Virus record (IMG/VR): IMGVR_UViG_3300046744_000381
Coordinates: 72,877 to 136,876 of that record
Length of the DNA: 64,000 bases
Source of the DNA: a virus
Reading direction: 5' to 3' (one strand)
Shown: positions 1-11,400 of the stretch, piece after piece
How positions within the stretch are numbered: the first letter of the stretch is position 1
Layout: the number at the start of each line of letters is the position of its first letter
Translations under genes and position numbers: made by a program
Notes under the pieces: model-generated
Told to the model about the DNA's origin: nothing
Databases searched by the model: none
The model's input: only the letters and a program-made list of their open reading frames with translations

Positions 1-748
1 GAAAATTAACGGCTGTGCCTGCGCCTGCAGATCTAATAAATTCACTAGAATCTAAACCATCAAATTTGAGAGCATTACTTGCTGATCCCCAAAAGTAAGG
101 CAAAACTGTGTCATCGTCTACACCTGTAATACCTGTACTAGGTGTTCTAATTAATGTAATACCTTTTTTTACTACCGGAAAATGTCCCGGAATATCATAA
201 TCATCTAATGATGCTGGTTGATTGCTACTAGGTGTAAATGCTGCATCACTAATCATATAAACTGGATTGTTATCGATTAATGCAATTATAACTGGCACAG
301 TTACATCTGATGGCGCTGATGCAACATTTGTACTTAATAATTGTGTTGTTCCTGATCCTGCTGCTTGAGGTCCTACTAAAATAAATTCATTTGCACTTGT
401 TCTTGCAAATAATTGATTTGTATTACTATTATACCATAGGTCCCCTTCAACAAGGCCTGCTGGTTGTGAAGAACTTACTTCTGCTCCACCTGCTGTTTTC
501 CAAGTTGTTCCTGTGTAATATTTTAGTTTGTTTGTTGAACTGTCAAACCAAACTTGTCCGCTAAGTGCTTTGCTTGGACTGGTCGAACCTGCAAAACTTT
601 CTAGTAAAAATAAAAAGTTTTCGTTTTGCGCCTCTCCATAACCACTATAGTTTTTACCAATTAATTTTAAGTCAGTTGTATTATCAACTGTGCCGTCTTC
701 AAGCGATAGTAATTGCTCTCCGCTAAATCTGTTAATTATGTATGCCAT
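1..748 (-). CDS. Baseplate-attached fibre protein, paralog 3 (3' end truncated by the window edge; not in the ORF track)
   Basis: ATG at 748, GAGGA Shine-Dalgarno (SD) at 759-755, TAAATA at 773-768. Hand translation MAYIINRFSGEQLLSLEDGTVDNTTDLKLIGKNYSGYGEAQNENFLFLLESFAGSTSPSKALSGQVWFDS... shares its N-terminal domain with ORFs 780..2753 and 2750..4777. Confidence 0.85.
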   Translation of the reverse strand, partial: MAYIINRFSGEQLLSLEDGTVDNTTDLKLIGKNYSGYGEAQNENFLFLLESFAGSTSPSKALSGQVWFDSSTNKLKYYTGTTWKTAGGAEVSSSQPAGLVEGDLWYNSNTNQLFARTSANEFILVGPQAAGSGTTQLLSTNVASAPSDVTVPVIIALIDNNPVYMISDAAFTPSSNQPASLDDYDIPGHFPVVKKGITLIRTPSTGITGVDDDTVLPYFWGSASNALKFDGLDSSEFIRSAGAGTAVNF

Positions 749-779
749 CTTTGTTCCTCATATAGTATATTTATTTGTT

Positions 780-2753
780 TTATGGATACGCTACTGTTGA
801 TACGTGTTCCCAAGTTCCGGCAACTACTTTAAATTTAATAGTATACCTTGTGACAGTAAATGTTGGCGCTATCGGTACAGGACTAATGTTGAAGTCTTGT
901 AATACACTAACGTTTTGTGTACCGCCGCTATCCACAGCCGTAAAACTTTTATTTAATTCTGCATTCACATCCGCAGTATCAGTTCCTGATGGTGCTATAC
1001 TACTACCGTGTATTGCAGCTTGCGTACCATTAGGTATTGTTGAAGGATCAACTAATGAAGTTAAAATTAATAATACATCATTGTTTACACCTGCGCCATT
1101 GTTAATTGCTATTGTTAGTCCAGTAAGATCAAGACCAAAAACAAGTGTTTTAGCACCAATTTCAGTTTCAACATATTGTTTTGTTGCTACCGCATCAGCG
1201 TCTGATTCTGTAAGTGCCGGGTTTTCTGCAACAGCTCTCGGACTTATTGGAGTTTTTACACCTTTTATTTCAACTGGTGTGCCTACCACTTCAATTGGTC
1301 CGTTGGATGCTAATTCAATACTTGCTGCTGTGTTTGTAATTCTGTTTGAATCAATACCAATATTATCAACTGTGATACTTCCTAATGTACCAATGTTAAC
1401 AAGTCCGGGTGCATCTGTGACAGTTGCAGCAAGTGCAGTTCTAGTTAATAATGGTGTACCGTCCATCATATAAGCACCATTTATATCTGCAATATCGATA
1501 TTATCTTCAGTTGTCCAGGCTAGTGTGCCAATTCTATATGTCCACTTTATACTGCCACCTGTAGTTTCGATTAACAACCCTGCATCATCAATAAATTCGC
1601 TAGAACTATCTAACAGTGTACTATCCTCTGGAATAGCAAGTTGAATATTTTTATCTGCTATTCTTAAGGATTTAACATCTTCTGTTGTTTGTGTGCCAAC
1701 ACGTAGTTCGCCAGCAACACGCAAATCTCCATTTACTATTAGATTGTGTTGATCTCCGTTAGTACCAATTACAACACCTTGTGTAATTGCAGCTACTGGA
1801 TCGCCTTCACTGTCTATTCTTGATATTGTTGGATCAGGAGCATTGTTAAATATTCCTAATCTATTATTTGTAGCATCAAATTTTAATGCTGAATAGTATG
1901 TGCTTGCTACTTTAGAAAGCTTTACTTCTAAATCGCCGCCGTTTCGTAAATTTATAATTTCTGAACCAGTGCCTGCTGCTTTAATTTGTATATTTTGTCC
2001 TGATGAAACAGTACCTACTTTTAATCCCTCAACATTGTTTATAAGTAACGGGCCTACCATTGTATCGCCATTAGTATCGGTAGCACTTACAAAACTATCA
2101 ACCGTAAAAGAAGTACCAAATTCGTCAGTAATTGCAAGAGCTTTATCAGCAACACCATCAAATATAAATGAGCTATACGAGTTGTTAATATTTAATCCCA
2201 TTCTTAAATTAGGAAAACCTGCAAGTTCGAGCCCTGGGGTAAATGATTCTCTTGCTAATACTGCTAATGGTGTTCCTGCTACGTAAAAAAGTACAATTGT
2301 TTTATCTAAACTAAATGAGTCTTTTATAGTATCAACTTTTATTCCACTCAATCCCTGTGTCTTTGTATATTGAGGGCCTATTAATATCCAGTCGGTTCCG
2401 TCCCAAAAATAGACTTGATTATTTGCACTGTTTATCCAAATATCGCCTACAACTTTTTCCAACGGTGCAGTGCCGCTTACAACGCTGCTATCCGTGCTTC
2501 TAAATGTAGATCCATCGTATACTTTTAATCTATCAGTAACAGTGTCAAACCAAACTTGTCCTTTTATAGGCTTTGCAGGTGCAGAAACATTTGCAAAACT
2601 TTCTAATAATTTAATAAAGTTTTCGTTTATTAATTCACCAAATCCTTGATAATTTTTACCTATAAAAGTTAAATCAGTCGTTGTATTATCAATTTTACCA
2701 TCAATTAATTCTGTTAATAATGTACCGTCGGTTTTGTTTAATCTATAGCTCAT
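780..2753 (-). CDS. Baseplate-attached fibre/structural protein, paralog 2 (657 aa)
   Basis: Shared N-terminal domain (IGKNYxGxG...ENFxxLLExFA...GQxWxD, GDIW repeat) and a T/G/N/S-rich beta-type body; lies in the baseplate operon. Confidence 0.75.
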   Translation of the reverse strand: MSYRLNKTDGTLLTELIDGKIDNTTTDLTFIGKNYQGFGELINENFIKLLESFANVSAPAKPIKGQVWFDTVTDRLKVYDGSTFRSTDSSVVSGTAPLEKVVGDIWINSANNQVYFWDGTDWILIGPQYTKTQGLSGIKVDTIKDSFSLDKTIVLFYVAGTPLAVLARESFTPGLELAGFPNLRMGLNINNSYSSFIFDGVADKALAITDEFGTSFTVDSFVSATDTNGDTMVGPLLINNVEGLKVGTVSSGQNIQIKAAGTGSEIINLRNGGDLEVKLSKVASTYYSALKFDATNNRLGIFNNAPDPTISRIDSEGDPVAAITQGVVIGTNGDQHNLIVNGDLRVAGELRVGTQTTEDVKSLRIADKNIQLAIPEDSTLLDSSSEFIDDAGLLIETTGGSIKWTYRIGTLAWTTEDNIDIADINGAYMMDGTPLLTRTALAATVTDAPGLVNIGTLGSITVDNIGIDSNRITNTAASIELASNGPIEVVGTPVEIKGVKTPISPRAVAENPALTESDADAVATKQYVETEIGAKTLVFGLDLTGLTIAINNGAGVNNDVLLILTSLVDPSTIPNGTQAAIHGSSIAPSGTDTADVNAELNKSFTAVDSGGTQNVSVLQDFNISPVPIAPTFTVTRYTIKFKVVAGTWEHVSTVAYP

Positions 2754-4777
2754 ATAATCTGCCCCGTATATATAATATAATTCATTGCTACAAATGGATC
2801 AGTTGTGTTTAACGGAGTATTAGTTGCACCTGGTATACTACCTGTAGTTGATATTTTAGTACCGTTTGCACCATCAGCTGCACCGCCGCCTGCGCTTGTA
2901 TTCGAACCTGTCTGTGATGCAATAGTTGTAGTTGCATAAAATTGATCGCCTGTGTCACTGTCTAGTGAGTGAGTGTGATCTGGTAAGTTAGATTCTGCAA
3001 TAGTTGAAGTAGGATTACCACTTACACCACCTATTGTGCCTGTACCTGAAGTAATTCTATTATTATTATTTGATGGACTTCCGAGTAAACCTACAGGATG
3101 TCTACCTGCTAAATCAGGAACTCTAAATGTTCCTCCGCCTGCATCGCCATATGTTGTGCCAATAACATCAAATAATAAATTATATGTAGTTGTAATATAC
3201 GAATCACCATTACATATTAACCATCCCGAAGGAGCAGTTGTTCCAGCATATGGTGTAACTGTGCCAATTGGAATTGTTTGTATGCTTCCAATAATATCAC
3301 TTTGTGTTGTTTTATATAAATTACTTCCTCTAGCAACTAAAAATTCGTCTGATCCAACAATAGCACTAGGTAAAGCGCCTTTGTTTGTTACAAATGTAGG
3401 ATCAATAACACTGTTTGCTAGTGTTTTTGTTAATCCGCCAGTTTGTCCATCAAACGAAAAGCTATCTGCCGAAACTTCACCTTCAAGTCTAAATGTTGTT
3501 GCACTATTTAATTTTCCTGCACTAGTTGCAGATCCAGTTAGCGTTCCTGTTATACTTAAACTACTACCTGCTTTAGGCTGAATAGATGTTGTATTAAGTC
3601 TATTGGCGTAAAGATTGTCGTAATAAAGTGCCGAAGTACCTAAATTATGTGTATTATTGTTTTCTGGAATAATGTTTTCTGCTGTAATATTACTTGCTAC
3701 TGTGAGTGTACCGCCGACGTGTGCATCTAATGCTACGCCAATACCACCGGGTGTTGTAATCGATCCTGTAATACTACTAGTTGAATTTGTTGTATCAGCA
3801 GTTTTAATTGTTCCACTTACTAATAAGTTTCCAGTAACATCTAATGCTTCAGTAGGACTCGCATTGTTAATACCAACTGTGTTTACACTTTCGGTTGGCT
3901 TCACTCTGATAGCAGGTGTTTGTGTAACAGTTGATCTAATATCAAGTGTACCTGTTCCAAAATGTTCTAATACGCTATCTGAATCCTCTACAAAAACACT
4001 TAATGTTTTTGTTTGACCAAATTCTATACCTCTGTTATCGCTTACTCTAATAGGAGCATTGATAGTTTGTTTTCCTGCTTCTGCATCGTTCCTTACAAAA
4101 CTTGTTCCAGACACTGGCAAGTTGTTTATAACAAGATTATTAGCTTGTTCGGCTGTACCATTTAGAACACTTGTTAAAGATCTATTTAAATTAATACCAA
4201 TTTTCAGTGGATAAGATGAAGTATAGCCAGCAATGTTACTTTTTGGTGCAAATTCTTCATCGCTTATTAATGCAACAATCACATTTTCACTATAAATTGC
4301 TGTAACTTGTTTTGCAGGAGTGTCGTCGGCTCTATCAATTGAGATCGATAAAGCGCCGGTTATAGCTGCACTACTGTAACTTGGTCCTACTAACACATAC
4401 CCGCTACCTGTGTAGATATACATTTGACTATTTTCAGTATCTACCCAAATATCGCCCACTGTACTATTATCAACGGCAGGTTGTACTGCTGATTTTTTAA
4501 CGCCGCCTGCAGCAACCCATTGGGTGCCGTCATAAATTTTTAATTGGTCTATACCGGCAGTTGTATCATACCATAACTGTCCTTCAACAGGATTACCTGG
4601 AGGATTTGGATTAGCAAAATTTTCTAACATATTTAAGAAGTTTGTATTAACACTACTTCCATAGTCAGTTAAATTTCTTCCTATAAGTTGTAAACTTGTA
4701 TCAGTATTAATACTACTATCTTCTACAGTGATGGTACCTTTGTTTGCCTCATCTGTAAATGGAATTTCATATGCCAT
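2750..4777 (-). CDS. Short tail fibre-like protein with C-terminal phage tail-collar domain (675 aa)
   Basis: Tail-collar signature IPIGTVTPYAGTTAPSGWLICNG...LFDVIGTTYG...FRVPDL, then a PDHTH metal-type motif and a PFVAMNYIIY terminus; same N-terminal domain as its neighbours. Confidence 0.8.
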   Translation of the reverse strand: MAYEIPFTDEANKGTITVEDSSINTDTSLQLIGRNLTDYGSSVNTNFLNMLENFANPNPPGNPVEGQLWYDTTAGIDQLKIYDGTQWVAAGGVKKSAVQPAVDNSTVGDIWVDTENSQMYIYTGSGYVLVGPSYSSAAITGALSISIDRADDTPAKQVTAIYSENVIVALISDEEFAPKSNIAGYTSSYPLKIGINLNRSLTSVLNGTAEQANNLVINNLPVSGTSFVRNDAEAGKQTINAPIRVSDNRGIEFGQTKTLSVFVEDSDSVLEHFGTGTLDIRSTVTQTPAIRVKPTESVNTVGINNASPTEALDVTGNLLVSGTIKTADTTNSTSSITGSITTPGGIGVALDAHVGGTLTVASNITAENIIPENNNTHNLGTSALYYDNLYANRLNTTSIQPKAGSSLSITGTLTGSATSAGKLNSATTFRLEGEVSADSFSFDGQTGGLTKTLANSVIDPTFVTNKGALPSAIVGSDEFLVARGSNLYKTTQSDIIGSIQTIPIGTVTPYAGTTAPSGWLICNGDSYITTTYNLLFDVIGTTYGDAGGGTFRVPDLAGRHPVGLLGSPSNNNNRITSGTGTIGGVSGNPTSTIAESNLPDHTHSLDSDTGDQFYATTTIASQTGSNTSAGGGAADGANGTKISTTGSIPGATNTPLNTTDPFVAMNYIIYTGQII

Positions 4778-5382
4778 TAGCTATTACCTCCGCTAAGGCT
4801 CTGAACTCTTACAGTATAGTCTATTTGGATAAGTCTGTTTAATGATTTTTGCACAGGATGAAAAATTACGTGTGTAATAAGTCTACCCGTTCCACTTGAA
4901 CTATATCCTCTTAAACCTAGTTCGTCAAATACAAATTGTTGTTCTGTATCTGCTGCTGTGTCAAATGCATCTTGTCCATCTGGTTCGCCGTAATCAAGTA
5001 GAGCACTCACGACTACATCTGTATAATTTGTTCCGCTTACGTGTCTGGTTTCGATTTTATTTCTTGTAGGATCAGTATTATTTACATTGTTGCTATCTAT
5101 AACTTTGGTGTAGGTTTGATTATATAAGCTTGCGTTTGTACCAGTGCTGTTAGGAGTAAGATATGTTATGATTCCAGTTGGATCGACTATTGTTCCTCCA
5201 TTACCAAAACTCATTTCACTAATAAAACCTTGTCCAATATTGCCTAAACTTTCAGCAAGACTGATACTCATATTTTCATAATGAATTGCATTGCGTTTGT
5301 CTACAAACACAAAACCTGATTCAGGGTTATATATTTTAATATGACCCTCTATGTGTACACCGTTATGTTCTTTTTCTATCAT
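4777..5382 (-). CDS. Baseplate/fibre attachment structural protein (201 aa)
   Basis: Sits between the giant wedge and the fibre genes; FDELGL...LITHVIFHPVQKS...IDYTVR resembles fibre-attachment beta-sandwich proteins. TAAATA at 5404-5399. Confidence 0.55.
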   Translation of the reverse strand: MIEKEHNGVHIEGHIKIYNPESGFVFVDKRNAIHYENMSISLAESLGNIGQGFISEMSFGNGGTIVDPTGIITYLTPNSTGTNASLYNQTYTKVIDSNNVNNTDPTRNKIETRHVSGTNYTDVVVSALLDYGEPDGQDAFDTAADTEQQFVFDELGLRGYSSSGTGRLITHVIFHPVQKSLNRLIQIDYTVRVQSLSGGNS

Positions 5383-5401
5383 AATACTATCCTTATTGTA
5401 T

Positions 5402-8400
5402 TTATCGGGCGAGCTTATATGTGCTATCTGTTAGGAATCTGCTTATAGTGTTCTTACTGCTTGCAAGACTTATTCCGTCATCATTCCAAATTTTACCAGT
5501 TTTTCTAATTATTCTAATTTCAGTATCAGCAAGAGGTGCAGTAACTAATGTTAAAATATTATTTTCAACAGTAAATTCTGCTGGAACTACTACATCTCCT
5601 CCTGGACTATCTTGATCTAATGCTTCGTTGTACTGATAATAATTAGTATCAGCAGTAGAATTATTTGGATCAATTGGTGTAGCTTTTCTTAATCTTGTAC
5701 CAGCTACAAAAACATCAAATTCATTAACACTTGTTGGTGTCCAATTTAAATTAAATGTTTTTGCTGCACCATCACCTGTAAATAGTTGTGTATATGTAGT
5801 ATCTTGGTAAGGAATAGTCTCGCTTACACCTTGATGGAAAACTCTGCTATTAGCTGAATGCACATCTTTTACACCAGTTCCTAGTGTTCCTCTTCTTAAT
5901 TGTCTTAATACATTTCCTTGTTTTACAAAATATTCAATTCTTTCACCGTTTATAAAAATTATACCAGGAATTGCAAGCTCTTTATTAGGTTCATCTAAAC
6001 CATCTGAACTTTTTAAGTTAATACTTAGATCATACCAATTTAAATCAACTGCTAAATCATATTCCATTCCGCTGTTAATTCTCTTATAATGATATCTATT
6101 GAGAACGTCTTTGAATATTCTATATGCAAATTTCTGCTTACTTACATCAGCAGTAAAATATAATATTTCAATTCTATCATTTTTTATTGGGCGCTCACTT
6201 AAAATAATTGATTGTCTATTATCAGATAATGTATAATCTGCTTGCGAAGTTAAAAACTTGCCATTTAGAAATACCCAAGCATATTCAGGACCGGGTATTT
6301 TCTTGTCTAGTTTTATTTCACCTCTGCTAAGTAAGTTTCTTGTAAGATAATTAGCAGATCCTTCTGCTGCATTTGTATCCTCATATGAAACACGTAAACT
6401 TAGTCTTTCAAATTCATTTGTATCGTGATTTGAAAATACATAAATTTTTACATCTTGTGTAGGAATATCTTTTAAACTTAATCTTTCACTATCTACAACT
6501 CTGATACTATCAATTTTAAAATCAGTGCTATCGTCAAAGTATAACGACGGCGTATCGTCTTTAGCAGCAAGTGCTATTAGATCCCTAACATATCCTTGTA
6601 ACTTAATTGTAACTTCTTGTCCAGTCTTTGTATATTCCTGTACAGTACCAATTACATTAGTGCTATCATTGAGTGTAAAATTAATTTGATCTAATGGAGC
6701 GTAATCAACTAACGTGCCTGCATTGCTTAATTTAATTACTGTATCTACAAAAAAGTATTCTGCATTGTCTATTAAATATACTCTAAGTATATCTCCAGAT
6801 TTTCCAATTTCTCTGGTTGTAAATTCTATTCTGCCGTTTGTAGTACTGTATATATAATTTATAGGATCAACTAATTGATCATTTATATAAACTAAAATAT
6901 CTAATTGAGAAATTTTAGTTTGATCTAATAATTGCCAATTGTCTATTTCATATGCTCTATCAACTGTCATAGTGTGCTTTTTGACATATCCAGCATCTAA
7001 AAATTTATCGCCTACTTTAACTAGGATATTATGACTAATTGGTTTTTTGTTAAACGGCAGTGGTACTGCACCATTTGATCCAAAAGTGTGTGATCTTTGT
7101 GTAGATACAGTTCTATCAAACGTATCATCTATTGCAAGTTGACTGTATTGCTTTCCTGTACCTTTATAAAGAGTATATGTTATAATGCTATTAGCCGGTG
7201 GCACTTCACCAAATACAAGCATAACCTTATTTGCATTATCGCCATATTCAGGTCCTGATGCATCTAATCCAAAAGATGTACTTATGACTCCGTTAACACT
7301 TACTACTGCCGTTACGTTTTGTTCAAACTTATAAAACGTTACAAAGTTAGCAGTGTTACCGTCACCAGTAAACGTATCACTTTCTATTATGTTAGACCCA
7401 TTTGTACCAATTGTCAAGAAAGAAAGATGCTTTCCAACTGGTAATAAACTACTATCCGAAATCCTAAGTAGTTTTTCTGAATAATCTATTTCATACTGTG
7501 CAGGATCTAAAACAACATTATCTAATTTTACAATTACACTATCTTGTGTAGCTGGTAAATTTTCTAAATAGTATTCAGCACTGCCGCCATCTGTTCTAAA
7601 ATTTTGTACAGTAATTACGCCTTGTCCGTCATTTACACGCTCGTAAACTTGTAGATCTAGTGTATCTAAAATTTGTCCAGGTACTTGTTCTTCGGTACCT
7701 TTACTTGTTGTTGGACTTACAAAATCATCACCGTCAATTACAATATTGCCTGCGTCAATGCCTGTTGCTGTACTAAACTGTCCTGCAACATTTGTTAAAT
7801 CGCCGCCATTTATTTGTGTATCAAAGATTACGCCACTTGGTGTAACTGCACCATCGCTTGTTTCTTTTCTAACAATTATCGTATCGCCGTCTCTAGTTAC
7901 TAGTTGATCTTCATCTAGTATAAATGTGCTTGTTATTCCGTCACCTGTAATAGTCAACATTATTGAATCTTCTGGTGCTTCTGATGTTCCGTAAGCTTCA
8001 CTATCAATTCTTACAGGATTATCATTAATACCTGCTGTTGCAGCCTTATAATATACATTATATTTTACACCTGCTTCAAATGGCACACTAACAGTTATTG
8101 ATCCTGTACTACCATCAAGCACAAATACTTCATCTTCTAGGTTCCCACTAAATCTATCAAATGGTGTAGAACCAAATAAATCTCCGTTGTTAAAACCTTG
8201 TGATGCTCCAAAGCTTGCTGTATCAATTTGCACACCGCCATAGTCTACGCCATCCATAAGTTGAGATAATTCTTTACCAAACTGACCAGTTGTTGGATTA
8301 TAGTAAAAATTAATTCTATCTGATGCACTTAGATAATTCACATCTTTGTCGTATTCAATTACGATAGTTTTGTTATTTGATGGTGCATTTGCAAAACTCA

Positions 8401-11400
8401 CTACACCATAATATCTTGGATAGGTTACAGTTTTATCTAGTATATTACTAATACTGTAATCTGTTGCTAGTTGTTCAACTCCGTCTACTGTGACTGTAAT
8501 CTTAGAAGGCCTAACATCAATTGGCCATTTTAAGATAAAATCAATTTGTGATCCTGTACCTGTAAATGTTTGCGTAACATCCAAATCAGTAACAAAATAA
8601 CTTCCTGTAATCCTATCAAACTTTATTAACATATGTGTTGATCTAACCGGAGAATTGCCAATGATAGCAGTTGCTCTAGCTGGCTTGGCTGTACTATAAT
8701 CTTCTTGATCACCTTCAAATGTTAAAGTAGGAGCTGTTATATATTTTAAGTTTGCAAAATCAATTACAATACCTGTAACTTTGCCTTCGTTGATAGTGGT
8801 AGAACCAATTACTGTTGGGCCGCCGCCACCGCTCATAACTAATCTAGGTGCATTTGTCCAGCCAGTTCCGCCATCTGTCAATACAACTTCTTTTACTTCA
8901 AATCCTACATTGTCAAACCAATTTTTTTGAGGATAAGTTGTTACAAACTCACTGTAATTTCTAATTTGACTATCTAAGACTTGTGCAGTTTCTGATACAA
9001 TTTTTTCAGCATTTAAATCATATCGTGGAGGTAAATCAAAATCAGTTACGTTTGTTTGTGTAGGATCAATATTTTCATAAGCACTAACAAATTCTCTAAT
9101 TTTTGTGCTATAAGGTTTTACTTCATTTACATAGTCGTTGTAGCTTTCTAAACTATCACTCTTGTATGTTGTTTTTTGATCTAATCCACCTACGTTATGT
9201 TTTGCTTTTATAAATGCAGTTTTGAATATCCAATCTATGGTCGGTTGTTCAGCAAGTGCATATCTCACACTACTAAAGAAAAGTTTATTCCACTCTACTT
9301 TCAATTCGTCTACAAATATAGTTTGATTAATTGTGTTTAAAATTATTCTTACTTCTTCGCCTGCATCTCTGTCATACAATGCGCTATCGTAAACTGCTTT
9401 GTCGAATCCAAAACGTTCGTTGTTAAATAACAATCTACTAAATTCTATAGTTCCGTTTTGTCTTCCTATTGTTTCATAGTTTACAGTATAATCTACTTCT
9501 AATTGATTATCTATTTTTTTCAATAATAACCAACCACCAGAGCCAATAGTTTCTATTTTTATAATATCGCCTAAATTGTCTTTTAGCCCACCGAGAGCAT
9601 AACTTCCTGGTACTAAGTAATCAATATTTGTTTCTTTACTGTAGCCTTCTGCATACCAATCTATGTATTTCCAATAAAGGCTGGCATCATAACTTTGATT
9701 ATTAATACGTATCCATTCTTTTTCGGTTGAATTCCAGATATAAGTTGCCCAAAAACCTAACAATGTAGTATCAGTTGTAATTAATGCAGTAAATGGCCTT
9801 ACAGTAACAGTCGTAGTTGTTGAATTATAATTTTTACCTTCATTTATAATATTTGCTTCTATAACTTGACCAAGATTATTAATAACAGTTTCAATTTCAG
9901 CTCCTATGCCAGAACCTGTAATTGTAACTTTTGGACCTCTACGTTTAGTATCAGTTGCACTGTTAAATGCAGGATCAATATAGCCTCTACCTGCATTTGT
10001 AATAGTGACTTTTGTCAATCTGCCATCTACAATATCAACACTTAATTGTGCTTGGTCTAATTTAGATGTACCGATAAAACGTAACAATGTTTCATTCTCT
10101 ACAACAGTATCGTATTCTCTTGAGACATTAGTAGGTTGTGGATCTTTAGAAGATAGTCCACTTATATCAAATTCATCTACAATTAATTTTTTTGATAAAA
10201 CAAGATTTATTCTTTCGATAACTTGCTTTAATGCTTCTGTACGGTTTACAAACATTGTTTGTAAAGGATCATCCAAAATTCCATATCTTCTAGCCGGACT
10301 TAAAGTTGTTACAGGTAACAATGTTCTTTGTTTATCGTATCCTACTAAACTATCTATCCATTTACTTACAACTCTATCATTGGGCTGACTTGTAGCAAGA
10401 CCTTCTGTAAGAAGGTTGTATTCTCTATGTATATTATTAATTTTTACTTCTTCAGTATTATAATATTCAAAATGCAAAACAGTGTCAGTGTCTTTTACTA
10501 AATTTGTACAATTGTATATTGCAAAATTATTTCTTCCAAACATACCTAAGAATCTATATCCGTTAGCAGCAGGATCCTCAATTAACGATGCAACAGCATT
10601 AGCAGTAATAGTTCTGTTTGTAATTGTTGGTAAAACTTTTGAGTTTTTTACCCAATAGTAATATTTTGCCGAAAACAAACCAGTAATTGGATCGTAAACA
10701 TTTTTTCTTACATATCGTTGATTGCCGTATCTAGATACACCACTTACACCATCTGCTAAACCTTCTGTGGTATCTGCAATAGCGTCCCATTCGTCTGGTA
10801 ATAATGTTGAAGATACCCATTCATAGATATCAATACTGTAACCAGGTATAATTTTGTTCCAAACATTAGAACTATAATCAGCATTTTTTTGGTATGGATT
10901 ATACCATTTGACTGCATTCAAATCCCACAGCAACTCGCCAACACGTTCTTCGCCCCAAGGATTAACTACTCCGGTATTTGTATTACCAATATTATACACT
11001 GCTGGATCATAATAAAGTTTATAATTTATTTCTCTTTCAGCAGCATTAGCAATTTTACCTTGGATAGGATCTATCAAATCTATATATGTAATTAAATCAC
11101 TTGTTACACTATCGTATAAAAAGGCTCCACGCATTTTATCATAATTAATAAAATCTGTTGCTTCGCCAAGCGTGTTCCAGTTTGTAATATCTTTGTCGTG
11201 ACGTAAATCAAAAATTAAACCAAATTTACTATCACCTGTGTCTAATCCTTCAAATCCTAGATACAAGTGATTATTTTGATATAATATTTCTACATCATCG
11301 GCAGTTGACAAGTCTCTTTGTAATGTCAGGCCGTTGTCTATATAATATGATTCGTAATCAATAACTTCACTTACAGTGTAAATTTCATTCAAAAGTTCGT

